A stretch of 63,625 nt of DNA, counting the filler, from Choristocarpus tenellus KU-1152 (lineage: Eukaryota; Protista; Phaeophyceae): assembly GCA_964200185.2 (NCBI GenBank). It is 11 parts of 11 records of this genome, joined end to end, with 100 filler letters (N's around TTAATTAATTAA, not from the genome) between each part and the next. Parts side by side here need not be neighbours in the genome. Positions count along the whole stretch, not along the records: positions 36,704 to 43,452 come from CAXNAD020007430.1; positions 43,553 to 48,234 come from CAXNAD020013479.1; positions 48,335 to 52,787 come from CAXNAD020014480.1; 8 more parts are not named here. One strand, 5' to 3'. Each line of letters opens with the position of its first letter. Position 1 is the first letter of the stretch. The notes below the pieces were generated by a model. That model was given only the letters and a program-made list of their open reading frames with translations. It had not been told where the DNA came from and ran no database searches. Shown in pieces: positions 37,354-48,766 of this stretch. The position numbers were made by a program, and so were the translations under genes.

Positions 37354-38867
37354 GCACTGGAGACCCATGGTTGGGCCATGAATGAACGATACAATGCCCT
37401 TAAGAGTGAGAGCCTGGCACTGTGGGAAGTTGTATCCAAGGGGGATCAACAACTGCGAATCAATGCCCTCGCTGCTGTTCACCAGCAGGTGAGCGTAAAG
37501 AACTCCCCCCCCTCCCCTCCCTCCCGTCCCTTCCACTGTCTGAACTCAACTCTTTCACAATGCTTGCTCTGGTCTGGTTGAAGCTAGTGCGTAGTGTTTG
37601 TACGTCATGCTTGCATGAGAGAGAGTTGCTGGGCAGGTACGAATGGCGTTTGCGTGATGACAAGTACAGGATGTTGGTGGGCGTGTTGAATGATAGGAAG
37701 GGATTCCATTTTTGTTTTCGGGTCCGTGTTTGTACCGACTCCGGGATCCACGCCTTTCTGTTCTTGTTTTTTTGCTTGTTTGTTTTTCATCTTAAAGTCT
37801 TCTAGTTTTTTTTTACAACACTAATACTATTATTGTTATTAGTATTACAAACGTATTTTCATTAATAATATTTTATTATTATTTTGTATAGAGGGGCCAC
37901 TAACCCAACCCTAACCCTAACTCTGCAAGTACTGATACAGAGAGGTAGAAATGAACTACGTCAACACATACTCCATATTACATAAAAAAAACAAGAGGGG
38001 TTTTTCTAGTGATGAGAAAAACTGTTGTTGGTTCATCCAGACTTGAATTGAACCCCAGACTCAATTTGCCGCAAAAGCACGGGCGTTACTATTTTTTATT
38101 TATTAGTTATTAATTGTATATTCTATACGCACAACACGCATGCATGTCTACTACTATGAAGATAGAAATAACCTTCTGTTGTTGTCACCCGACTTGGTTT
38201 AGGAACTAGCTATTGATAGGAACCTAGAAGGAAATGTGCAGCCCATTGATTTTATTATTTTTGTGTGACCTTTGCTGTTATGTTACTGTTGCTCTTACTG
38301 TTGTACTACTTGGTTGATTTAATAAAAATAGGAGGGCAAATATTTTGTGTTTTCTTAGGGTTTGGGAGAGGCCCATGCCTGCTGATCTATCTGCACAGGA
38401 AAAAAAATGTATCTTTTTATGGACCGATCAGTCATGTTAAGAAAAAAAACTAGTCACCAGTCACATGGTGTTGATTTCTATGTTTTAGTCTTCCAATATG
38501 TGACGGCCGCCTCATCTACTTCCGTTCACCTTTTGTTCGACGCATGCTTTGCAACATACTCATTTCATTTTTTACTTCCTTTTCAGGGCGTCTTCCTCTT
38601 AGTGTACACTTTTCAGTGTCTTTTTTTTATGATTACTTACGTACAGATTTTTTTTTTCTACTGTACACCTCGCAACACATTTATTTTCACATTTATTCAA
38701 TACTGCTTCCATTTTGCCTCCTTTTGTTCAAATGCACACTTCACAGCCTATTTATCTCATGGGTCCTTTCCTGTTGTTTCAGCCCGATACTCCTCCTAGC
38801 GCCCCTAATCACAGTCACCTGCAATGCTGAGCAGTCTGTTACATTCCAAAATCTTTGTTTTTATTTG

Positions 38868-38906
<39 letters not shown>

Positions 38907-41675
38907 TCTGCGTCTGCTGATATGATTCGCCTATGCTGTCACAATGCGCGGGTAAGAGTGTACTCACTTTGTGTGTATATTTATCTATTATTCAAACCTG
39001 GGCAATTTAATTTTTTTTCATCTTTATTACTTCTTTCTTGTATATGACTGTCTCTTTATATATTATTATGTCTACTTTGAAAAGAAAAAAGGTATGTGTA
39101 CGCAAGAGTATTTTTCTTAAAACCTTACACACCGGTGTTTTTTTTTTACCTTGTGGTTACCTGGCTGTGTGACCTTGAGAGGCGGTTTCCTGGCTGTTGG
39201 CGAATATTGCTACTTCACAAGGGATTCCTAAGAGTCACTTGAAGATGTTGCAGTGTTTTCTCATTTGTTATTTATATATTTTTATATATATATATTTTTT
39301 CATGTGTGAGGATGTACGTGTGGTGTTGGAGCTGTTTGCTTTTATTATTTTTATTCTGTGAATTTGCGAAGAAAGTTCTTGCTCCCTTTTTTTTTTGCGG
39401 CTGCACATGTGAAATGATACTCTGAAGGTGACAGCAAGAGAGAGAGAGAGAGCCTCGACAATAATCCTAAAAATTGTAACAGTGACAGTTAACTGTGACT
39501 GCTATTGTTGTCTTCCCCTTTGTCTTGGGTCTATCCCAACCTGTTGTCAGAGGCACTACACACTGCACTACTTCTCATACTATTAATACTATTATTACTA
39601 CTGCAACAATCTGTCGTAATCTGATAAATCGATTGCACTGTGTTACCTCCATTCCAGCCTTGCTTCTCATGCATTGGGCTCAGCCATCCCATTTCTCATC
39701 GCCCCGTCTCCTCTGTGATTTCTTGTGTGTGGATCCACCTGGAGGTTGCTCTGCAAAGTAATATTGCCGCCTTCGATTTTGGTTTTTCCACTTTTTTATG
39801 GTATGCTGACAGATAGGATAGTGTGGGTGCACGATGTGTAGAGGTTGTTACGTGTTTGGATCGTCAGAACCAGATTTATTTATCAGAAGGTTCACCTGGT
39901 GTCGAAGGTGTCCGAGGCTGTGAAACTTATGTGGGGAAGACTTTCTGGGTAACTGCTGAGCTATGAAGACCTTCTGAGATGGTGCTCGTTGGCAGGGTTG
40001 AGCGTTTTCTGAAGAGAAATTACGGTAGCATGGCATGCAATGTACGTTATGTCATTTTTTTGGTTGTGGTCACCTCGATGTACCTATGCCTATTGCCACA
40101 CGGTTCTTACACCTTGGATGCATTTTTGAGTGCATCTATTTCTTATTTTTGTTTTCAGAGTGGTAGGAAATTTGGGTCACTGGCACGCTCTAGATTGGTG
40201 TGTGTATTCCATCCTATCAATCCTCCGTGACACAATTTTTTCAACTTTTTTCTGTGCTATGATATTGTCAGGGGGGGGGTGGGGGTGGTTTATTGTGTAT
40301 GTTTGAGGTGTTCCCAGAATGTACTATATAGTATGTAGTTGTATATTGTTACTGTTGCAAGAGGAACTCCTGCTCTTGAAATGTGTTGCAACAGTTGTGA
40401 CAGGGAGTATTGGTTGTGTCCGATTTTTACTGTGTTGAATGGCCCATGTTCCACAAGGCATGAAGGTGTAATATTTTTGCTGAACCTGCAACTCCCTAAC
40501 AATGAATCATCCAGCCAATATCTTTACAACTCCCTTCCTCTGCTCAGGGGAACAACACACAGTCATCTCCTGTGAGTCAGTCACAGACAGGGCAGGTCCA
40601 TGCTCAGCAGACAATGCCAGCCACTGCCCCCCACAGCCTGGCCAGCAGCCCCCCAGCTACCAGCAGTTACACCTTTTCGGTTCCTACTGGGGATTTCACC
40701 ATCCTGCCAAGGGTGTCTGTCACCCAGGCTTCGACTGATTTGCATGTGCCACCCTCATCTTCCCCAGCGACATCTTATGTGATGGGACTGGGGGCTGAGA
40801 CTGTGATTGGGACTGGGAGTGAGGCTGGGACTGAGGTAGGCCCTGGGGCAGGAGTAGGTGCTGTAATGGACACTGCAGATAAAGGAGTGTTGAGTACACC
40901 TACTGGAACTGCGGTTGGGGGTCCTACTGTTGCCTCAACTGTACCAGCACAGGTTTTTGGATTGGATGCTGTAGGTAGTGTGGAGGGATCAATGGGGGGG
41001 AATTCATTGTTGGGGGGGGATGGGGAGGAGGACGGGTTGGGGCTTGGACAGATGGTTCCTGGTCATATCTTGAGTGGAGGTATGGGCGAAAGTGGATTGG
41101 GGAGGTTGGCCGAAGGAGAGGACCGGTTGCAAGGCATGATCGATATCCCGAGCTTGCCATCCCCACAGGAGCTCTCATCAACAGCAGGCACAGGCATAGG
41201 GGGCTGGCCGAGATTAGGAGGGGGAGGGACAAAGGAATTGGGACTAGGAGAGTCAGGGGAAGTATCTGTGGCAACTGAGGAAGCAGTCTTAGAAGCAGCA
41301 GCGGGGCAGCAAGGTGTAACAGAGATGTCCTTGACAGGTAGTGAGGGGTCAGTTCTGGAAGGTGGTGGGATGGTGACAAATGCAGCAACAATGGCAAATG
41401 AAATGGCAGGTGGGGCAACAGAATCAGAAGAAGTTGGTTCCTCATCTGTGGATGGGAGGGGTGTGGGAGAACTTGGTGATTTCACAATGGGAGAGGGAGA
41501 GGTTGATGGTGTCAGCGACAATCTGACTTTGGGACAAGATGAGGCACAGGGCGAGGGAGGCACTTGGACCAAGCGGACTAGGGAGTTGGATTCTGTGGCC
41601 AAGGATGTTGACCTGGATGTCAGGACTTCAGGGGATGGGGAGGGGAGGCCGCACAAGATAGTCCGAGGCCTGTAA
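37354..41675 (+). CDS. Unknown protein, 3-prime part: exon 37354-37488 and long terminal exon 40548-41675 (Gly/Glu/Ser-rich, low complexity)
   Basis: Both exons have strong polypyrimidine-CAG acceptors and are phase 0. The last exon is open for ~375 codons and ends in a basic NLS-like tail (KRTR...RPHKIVRGL*). Joining the two exons is inferred. Confidence 0.65.
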
Positions 41676-42049
41676 GGGTATACAGAGTTTCTGGTAAAAG
41701 AATGCAGGAGAGAGGGAAGGTAATGACTTCTTGTGTTGAGTGGTTAGCCGAGGACATGACCAATCACTTTCTGGGAGACTTATTGTTCGCTAAAGCTAGT
41801 GGATCCCCCAGGTCAATACTTGGGTTAAGGTGGGATTGGGTTCACCAGAAGGGGATATTGGAAAGAAGAAATCTATTCGCCCCAGGTTGCATCTCTTCTT
41901 GTCTTCTTGTATTCACTTGTATGTATTGTACAGTAGCATCAAATGTATTAGTTTAGATTAAGAGACTTCCACAGGATGCAAGTAGGCTATGGGTCGTTGG
42001 CTCTCAGATGAGCTCGCTCGGTAGACATATTTTGGTTTCAAGGATAACT

Positions 42050-42225
42050 GACTCAAAGTATCTGGGGGGGGTGGTGGCTGTCCATTTGGGGTCAATTTTT
42101 TCCTCTCACAAATTTTGGATGATTTGGTTGCATATGTCGGATAGATAATGTAACTGCACTTTTCCTGGTTATGAACCAAATGGATACCCTGGTGTAGACC
42201 ACCCCCCCCCCAGACACTTTGAACC
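42050..42225 (+). mobile_element. MITE family B, full-length, flanked by ACT/ACT
   Basis: GACTCAAAGTATCTGGGGGGG ... CCCCCCAGACACTTTGAACC. Confidence 0.85.
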
Positions 42226-43552
42226 ACTTTTTTCCTTACTCAATGATGCTCTTTGCTCAATTGGCATGTTTCTGGATGGATGTGGCTTGAGTGAGCTGTA
42301 CAGGGAGTACTTCTCACTTTGAAGAGAATGTAGTACAGCACCATTATGGATGTTGTTACTGCTTCAGAATAAGATTAGGGTCCTGACTACAGATCTGTCA
42401 GGAGATAGTACATCAATAGTTTCAGTCATGAAAAGCTTTGAAACTGCGGTTTAGATAATAGGGTTTTTGGTTCAGTAGGCAATGTAATACGACCAAGAAG
42501 AAAACGTTGACTTATTTCTGGAATAACTTGTGGTGAATGCTGTAATGATGTACTGCTGCACTAAATATCTATTTCTTCGTTGGTAGGAATGGAGAAATTT
42601 CTGGACAGGTCGCCCGCTTTGTCAGCGCCTCCTAATTGAACCATTAAGATGTTAAATTTATAGGTACGTACGTAGTACGTAAGGAAGGTTAGGTAAGACA
42701 AATTTTGACAAAGTTACCATACCTTCAACTCCTTCTAACTGTATGAGACTGTACTTTCTGGCATTTTGAAACCTTTTTGACTCTTTTTCGGTCTATTGAA
42801 GCCATATGCGCTGGTTAAGAATATGCGCGTGCAAAACGTTCTTCCGCCTCGCGCGTTTGGAGGTTTTACACGCGTAATTAAGAATAAATTCTGATACACC
42901 GTTAAAACGTGCACTTAAGAAGGGTGATCTCATCTAATTAACGTCTTGTAGCAGAGAGCGGATCCGATTTTAAAACAGTGCTTTGTTTGGAGCATGGGGT
43001 GATTTTTAATCTCTGTTGAGCGTTGAACACAGATTTTGATTTACCAAATACATTGTAGGTAATAGTGTTCTTCTTCGTACTAGCAAAGGCAGTGAGGGAA
43101 CTGTCTGAGGATGTAAAGTTAGCAATGATAACCTGGATTGGGGTCAGTGCACACCTTGATGACACTCCCTTTCCGCCTTCTTCTTCCTGCCATGTTAATG
43201 TACGCATCATCTGTCATTACATTACATTTAATAATTCACATCGTATGATTTAGTGACACATTGTTACGTCAGTAACACCTATGACTGCCAGTAGGGGTTT
43301 CTGTGGGGTTGCATGTTGATGAACGGGAACAATTAATCGGGCTTGTTCAATAGATGAATATTCTTGTAAAACTTCACTGGCACATAACAGCCGATCACCA
43401 AAATTGAGGATGGAGCATACTATGGAGGATGAGTTTGACCCAAAATGGTGCGNNNNNNNNNNNNNNNNNNNNNNNNNNNNNNNNNNNNNNNNNNNNTTAA
43501 TTAATTAANNNNNNNNNNNNNNNNNNNNNNNNNNNNNNNNNNNNNNNNNNNN

Positions 43553-43779
43553 AGGGGCACAGGAGTAGGTAGATGGGAAGATAAGGAAGACAGTAGTACA
43601 ATATTTGATACAGGTGAAGTAACTGATTAGTGGTTTCCACACAATGTTTATAGTGTTCTTATGTTTAGGATATTTTATTTCTTTAGGGCTAACAACGACA
43701 TATATATAGTTTTCATTGGTTTCCCCCCTGACACATCTACATCTGCTGCAAAATGTCAGAGGGCATAATAATAATAAAA
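43553..43779 (+). repeat. Family C dispersed repeat, long copy with (TAA)n tail
   Basis: Colinear with the reverse complement of 57427-57648. Ends in gtcagagggcataataataataaaa. Confidence 0.75.
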
Positions 43780-43933
43780 TACTTATATCTACTGTCATCG
43801 ATGTGATGATGAGAATGCGCAATAAATAAAAGAACACTAACAACCAGTGCAGTGCACCAATCAACAGTCAGTACAAGCTGGTAGATGTGTATCATATCAA
43901 AAAGGAACAAATGAGTAGCCTATGTTTTAACAA

Positions 43934-44810
43934 GAACCATGCACACACGACCTGTCAGCCATGGTGTCACCAACATTTCCAAATTCGATGCCCTTTATTT
44001 ATCACGATTAGAACCGTGTACACACCAGCTGTCACTAGTGGTATCACCAGTATTTTCAAGATGGATGCCCTGTATTTACCACCATTCGAACTGTGTACAC
44101 ACCATCTGTCACTAGTGGTATCACCAACATTTCGAAATTGGATGCCCTGCATTTATCACCATTAACCGTGTACACACCAGCTGTCAGCCGTAGTATCACC
44201 AACATTTTCAAAGGAGATGCCCTGTATTTATCACCATTCGAACCGTGTACACACCAGCTGTCAGCTGTGATATCACTAACCTTTTCAAAGGAGATTCCCC
44301 CGTATCATCACCATTGGAACCGTGCACACACAAGCAGTCAGTCGTGGTATCACCAACATTTCCAAATTCGATGCCCCCGTATTAATCACCATTAGAACTG
44401 TGTACACACCAGCTGTCACTAGTGGTATCACCAACATTTTCAAATAAGATGCCCTGTATTTATCCCCATTCGAACCTTGAATGCACCAGCTGCCACTAGT
44501 GGTATGACCATCATTTCCAAATTGGATGCCCTCTATTTATCACCATTAGAACCATGCACCCACGAGGTGTAAATTGTGGTATCACCTACATTTTCAAAGG
44601 AGATTCCTCCGTATATATCACCATTAGCATCGTATACACGCCAGCTGTCACTTGTGGTATCGCCGGCATTGTTAAATTCGATGCCCTCTATTTATCACCA
44701 TTCGAGCCGTGTACACGCCAACTGTCAGCCGTGGTATCAGCCCCCGTATTTCTTACCATTAGAACCGTGCACACACGAGCTTTCAGTAGTGGTATCACCA
44801 ACATCACTAG
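43934..44810. repeat. Tandem array, 77-bp unit, ~11 copies
   Basis: Unit gaaccgtgtacacaccagctgtcactagtggtatcaccaacattttcaaa.t.gatgccctgtatttatcaccatt., starting near 43934, 44011, 44088, 44164, 44240, 44318, 44395, 44472, 44549, 44627, 44704 and 44762. Confidence 0.95.
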
Positions 44811-45044
44811 TCGGGCACCTATAACCTGTTTGATCGAAACCGTTCATAAACCGTCTTATGCCACCCCAATCGCTGACAATGTAAGCCCTGAAATCAACAC
44901 CCATGGTCTTAACCTTAACCCTAACCAACATTTATAACCTACATCTCGAACACTCAACCCAACGCGCGAAGAGACAGATTTCACCTTACATCTATCTTGT
45001 CGAAGTGATTGCAATGCAACGGCTATCATCTGAATTAATTTCAG

Positions 45045-47991
45045 CGAATGCAACCGAACCGTACGCGTCGCGCTGAGGTTTGACCTGCCCACATCTGCTT
45101 TCTTGATCGAGAGGTACAATGCTAATCTCCTTGACAAGGATAGGGTAGAGTTCATGATGTCAAAGCTGGGACCAGACACAGAGGTCGCTGCCAATAAGCT
45201 TGGGGGTTCCTGAGTGGACAGCCTTTCTCTTTGTGCTCCAGATTGAAAACCATCAATAATTTCAAGGCCGACATGTGCAAGGCAAAGGTACCCTCTGATG
45301 TGCCGGACGGCCAACTGCTCGCGCAATACACTACCAATGGCAACCTGGACGTAGATGAGGATGGCGAGGCCAGGAATCCCGACGATGACAACTATATCTT
45401 CTTTTGTCTGAATGGACAACATCGAACAATGTTCCTGAGGGTCATTGAGTGCGTAGCAAAGGAGGAAAATATCCCATACGACATCAACCTCCCGGCCCAT
45501 GTCACAACGTCATGGGCCCCTGAAGTTGGAGTGAACCTCCAGATAGAAGTACATAGGACGTTCATGTGGAAGATGTATCCACACTGCACTCGCGAGAAGG
45601 CAGAATCTATATCAATTAGGAGAGAGTGTGGCGACCAGCAGGTCACACGTACCCAACATCCTGGACATATTCCGTTGGATGGTATGTTGGGTTGCGGCGA
45701 TCATTGAGTATAGGCGCGACTTCAGATGTGGGAAGTCCCACCCCTACGTCCAGGGATACGAGTGATGACTCCGATGGTTCCACGTGCATGAGGACGCTGG
45801 TGACGAGATGCAACCAATATTGCTTGGGAGACATATACTCTCGAAGTACTGACCCCTTATTCCAGTCCGCAATAAAGAGGAGAGTTGCAGCAAAAATGAA
45901 GGCATCACGGAAGCATGGGTGGTCACAGTCATGGAAACCGAGATGAGTAGACTCGGTGACCAAAGCTCCGCCCAGTTCTTCAATTCAATTGCCACCCTTG
46001 TGCATATATGCGCGGGAGAAGGTGAGATTCTCACGACTCCTTCCTAGGAAAAGAGTGAAAGTATCTTAGAGGGTACGAGTTTTGCCCTGCTTGTCCATTC
46101 GGGGCTTGGCTTCCCATGGGTTCTTAGTCACATATTTTCCTACTCCAAAATGTTTCGTAGTAGGAAAATTGTATACGTTATGAAAATGTGTGTCTGGAAC
46201 CAAGGATATCGACACTTCCTAACAAACACGACAGCCCAAATTACATCAAAATCGCAAGATTGGATTTTGGCTCCCAAATAGACGCGGCCCTACTCTCTAA
46301 GATACTTTGGATCAAAGATGCGTGAAATGCTTATGAAGCATCGCCTACTTTTCGTCGCCCGTGTCCATATTAGTTCAACATTGGTGATCCAACTAACCCA
46401 TTCCCTTTCTTCCCCTCACTATGTTCCACCAGAGACAAAAGAACTGGAGGACATCCTTCTCGGTGTGTGGAGAGAACACAAGAAGCGCGAGGGGGCTTCA
46501 GTGTAAGTGCGGTGCAGCCATCTCGATGTTTCGTCATCCAATACCCCATCACTGACGGTCCAACAACATCGTACTAACCCCCCTGGCTTCGCAGACTGAA
46601 CCTGAATTGAAGATTTATGCATGTGTTTCGCCATCAGCGATATGACACACGCCATTAACCAACAGACCCGTTCCCATTCTCACGTTCTTCTATCCTCATA
46701 TCGTGACTTTATCCTCCGCACACCTAACGTGCACCCGACAAGGACAAATTCGACTTTAGGGCGGTTCACATGTTCACTGTGCTGTGGTACGCTAACCCGG
46801 ACACCGCCATCAAATCACTCAACAACTGCGGGGGGTTCACACACACCTACAGGTTGCAGGTGAGATAAACATTCCAAACACGTTCCCACACGTCGAGAGC
46901 CCTAAGACCATGGGGTTCTGCTGTGCGACACGCATCCCCTGCAAACCCTTCCCAGATTGATACATCGTTAAGCCTAAATCCTTCATATTCTCAAAGCAAA
47001 TTCTTTCCCAGGTTCCTAACGGAACACGATGGCCCACCTGTACATGTAGCTCACATCCGAGGTCAAGGAGCAGCACTTTGCAAGAATGTGCACTGATGTC
47101 CTTGCTGGAGTCGGACTTTCCATCCTCAGAGGGGAAACCCCCCAAGGCCATCGCTGGCGCGACATAGTCTAAGTGACTGCGCATGTGTTTTCAGAGCAGG
47201 CAGCGAAAACATTACCTACCCACGTGTTCACATTGACGTATGTTGTCGGGACAGAGACATTTCTAGAGGAATGGTTTAGTCAAACTTTGACTGTGACGAT
47301 TCACCCAACGTATACACGTATATGCGTATACCCCCCTCCTGAGCCTGCAACAGCCGCAATATTCACCGTCAAGTTTGCGCCTCTTGCGAGGTAGACACCA
47401 ATGTCATGCATGTGATTTATTTTCATTCCACTATCCATACGCTCCTCCATGACAGTTCAAGGGGCGTCCGGAACAAACGACCCCCGGCCGACCCCGAACA
47501 AGGAAAGAAGAAGAGGACACGAGGAAAGGGAAGAAGAACAGATCAGGGGACGGCGATCCTGACCATGTGTCTGCCACCCAGTCCGAGGAGGTTGTACATC
47601 AAGAATGTTCTCATCAAAAAGGCTGCCCTGGGGGTCGCCGTGCAGGTCATGAACGACCTCAAGAGAAAAGACGAGCTCGGGATCGATCCTGACGCCAATG
47701 AATCCTCAGCCGGGTCTTCAGAAGAGGCTGCTCCAAAGAAACAATACACCCTGAGCGAAGAGGTACCCAAGGGAGTGTCGCATTCATCCACTCATCTGTC
47801 CCCCGTATTTAAGTTCGTAACAAGTCACCTCACAATAAATGCCTTGATCGCGCACATTATTTTTCCCTTATAAATCCACAGGTGAAAAGGGACCTCGTGT
47901 TGTGGGAGGATGTGGAGGAGGGTACAGTCTACCTGGACATTGTCAAATACTCAGAGGGTGTTACCTTGAACTCCAGTGGCGAACACGCAGG
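45045..47991 (+). pseudogene. Spliced, partly decayed gene with an N-terminal ParB/Srx-like domain
   Basis: FDLPTSAFLIERYNANLLDKDRVEFMMSKL...LGG, a 1-nt frameshift near 45205, then FLSGQPFSL...YIFFCLNGQHRTMFLR. Later exon-like blocks at ~47456-47762 (basic KKKRTRGKGRR) and 47882-47991. A MITE is inserted at 46053. Confidence 0.6.
46053..46313 (-). mobile_element. MITE family A, full-length, flanked by AAA/AAA
   Basis: GAGTGAAAGTATCTTAGAGGGTA ... TACTCTCTAAGATACTTTGGATC. Confidence 0.85.
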
Positions 47992-48178
47992 CAAGCAATT
48001 ATATCATTGTACAACACCGCCATACGTGAACGTCAAACAACGTCCCCTACACCAAACACATCGCCTTGACTCTCAGAGATCTTACCGACGTTTGACAGTT
48101 TCAGAACAATGTACATGCTCGTCGAACAGATTTATTCATACTTTTGCTGTGCTCTACCGATCGGTACAACCCAGTGCA

Positions 48179-48234
48179 GGCTCAAAGTATCTGGGCGGGG
48201 GTGGCGGCTGTCCATTTGGGGTCAATTTTTTCAT
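48179..48234 (+). mobile_element. MITE family B left end at contig edge
   Basis: GGCTCAAAGTATCTGGGCGGGGTGGCGGCTGTCCATTTGGGGTC. Confidence 0.8.
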
Positions 48235-48766
48235 NNNNNNNNNNNNNNNNNNNNNNNNNNNNNNNNNNNNNNNNNNNNTTAATTAATTAANNNNNNNNNN
48301 NNNNNNNNNNNNNNNNNNNNNNNNNNNNNNNNNNGGGGAAGAAAAGGGGGGGGGGGGGGTGGGGGGGGGGGGGGGGGTGTGGGGGGGGGGCTAGAGTTCG
48401 GTCATTCATGAATGGACGTGATTTGGAGGTGTGCGACCGAAGGTGGTGTAAAAACGGCAACCTTATTGTGGCAAACGTTGAACACACGGCGGATCCAACA
48501 CTTATCCGCAAGGCCCATAGTCTTCTACACGATGCATTTGGGTGCCGCATTAGATACATTCGGACTCGGGAAGAAAAAAAACGTGTCTACTGCGTGCCAA
48601 GAGCGTGACTCTGCCCTACGTTGTTGACAGATATGTTACGAAGTGCATTCTATGCCAGATTTACCTCGATCTAGTAGCCGAAGTCCGTCGCCGTCTTCGC
48701 AACGAAAACGGTCGCCTCATCGCGTCCCATTGCCTTTCCCTGAGGATTGATGGTCTCAGTAAAACA

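Noticed and set aside
38407-39047. Hydrophobic membrane-protein-like ORFs
   Set aside because: T-rich intronic sequence and a (TA)n microsatellite produce spurious Phe/Leu/Tyr-rich frames.
40924-41656. Antisense ORFs of 173 and 197 aa
   Set aside because: Shadows of the plus-strand low-complexity exon.
43934-44810. CRISPR array
   Set aside because: The whole 77-bp unit repeats with scattered substitutions. There are no unique spacers and no cas genes, and the context is eukaryotic.
44856-45500. 214-aa minus-strand ORF
   Set aside because: Antisense shadow of the ParB-like coding region, with no motifs of its own.
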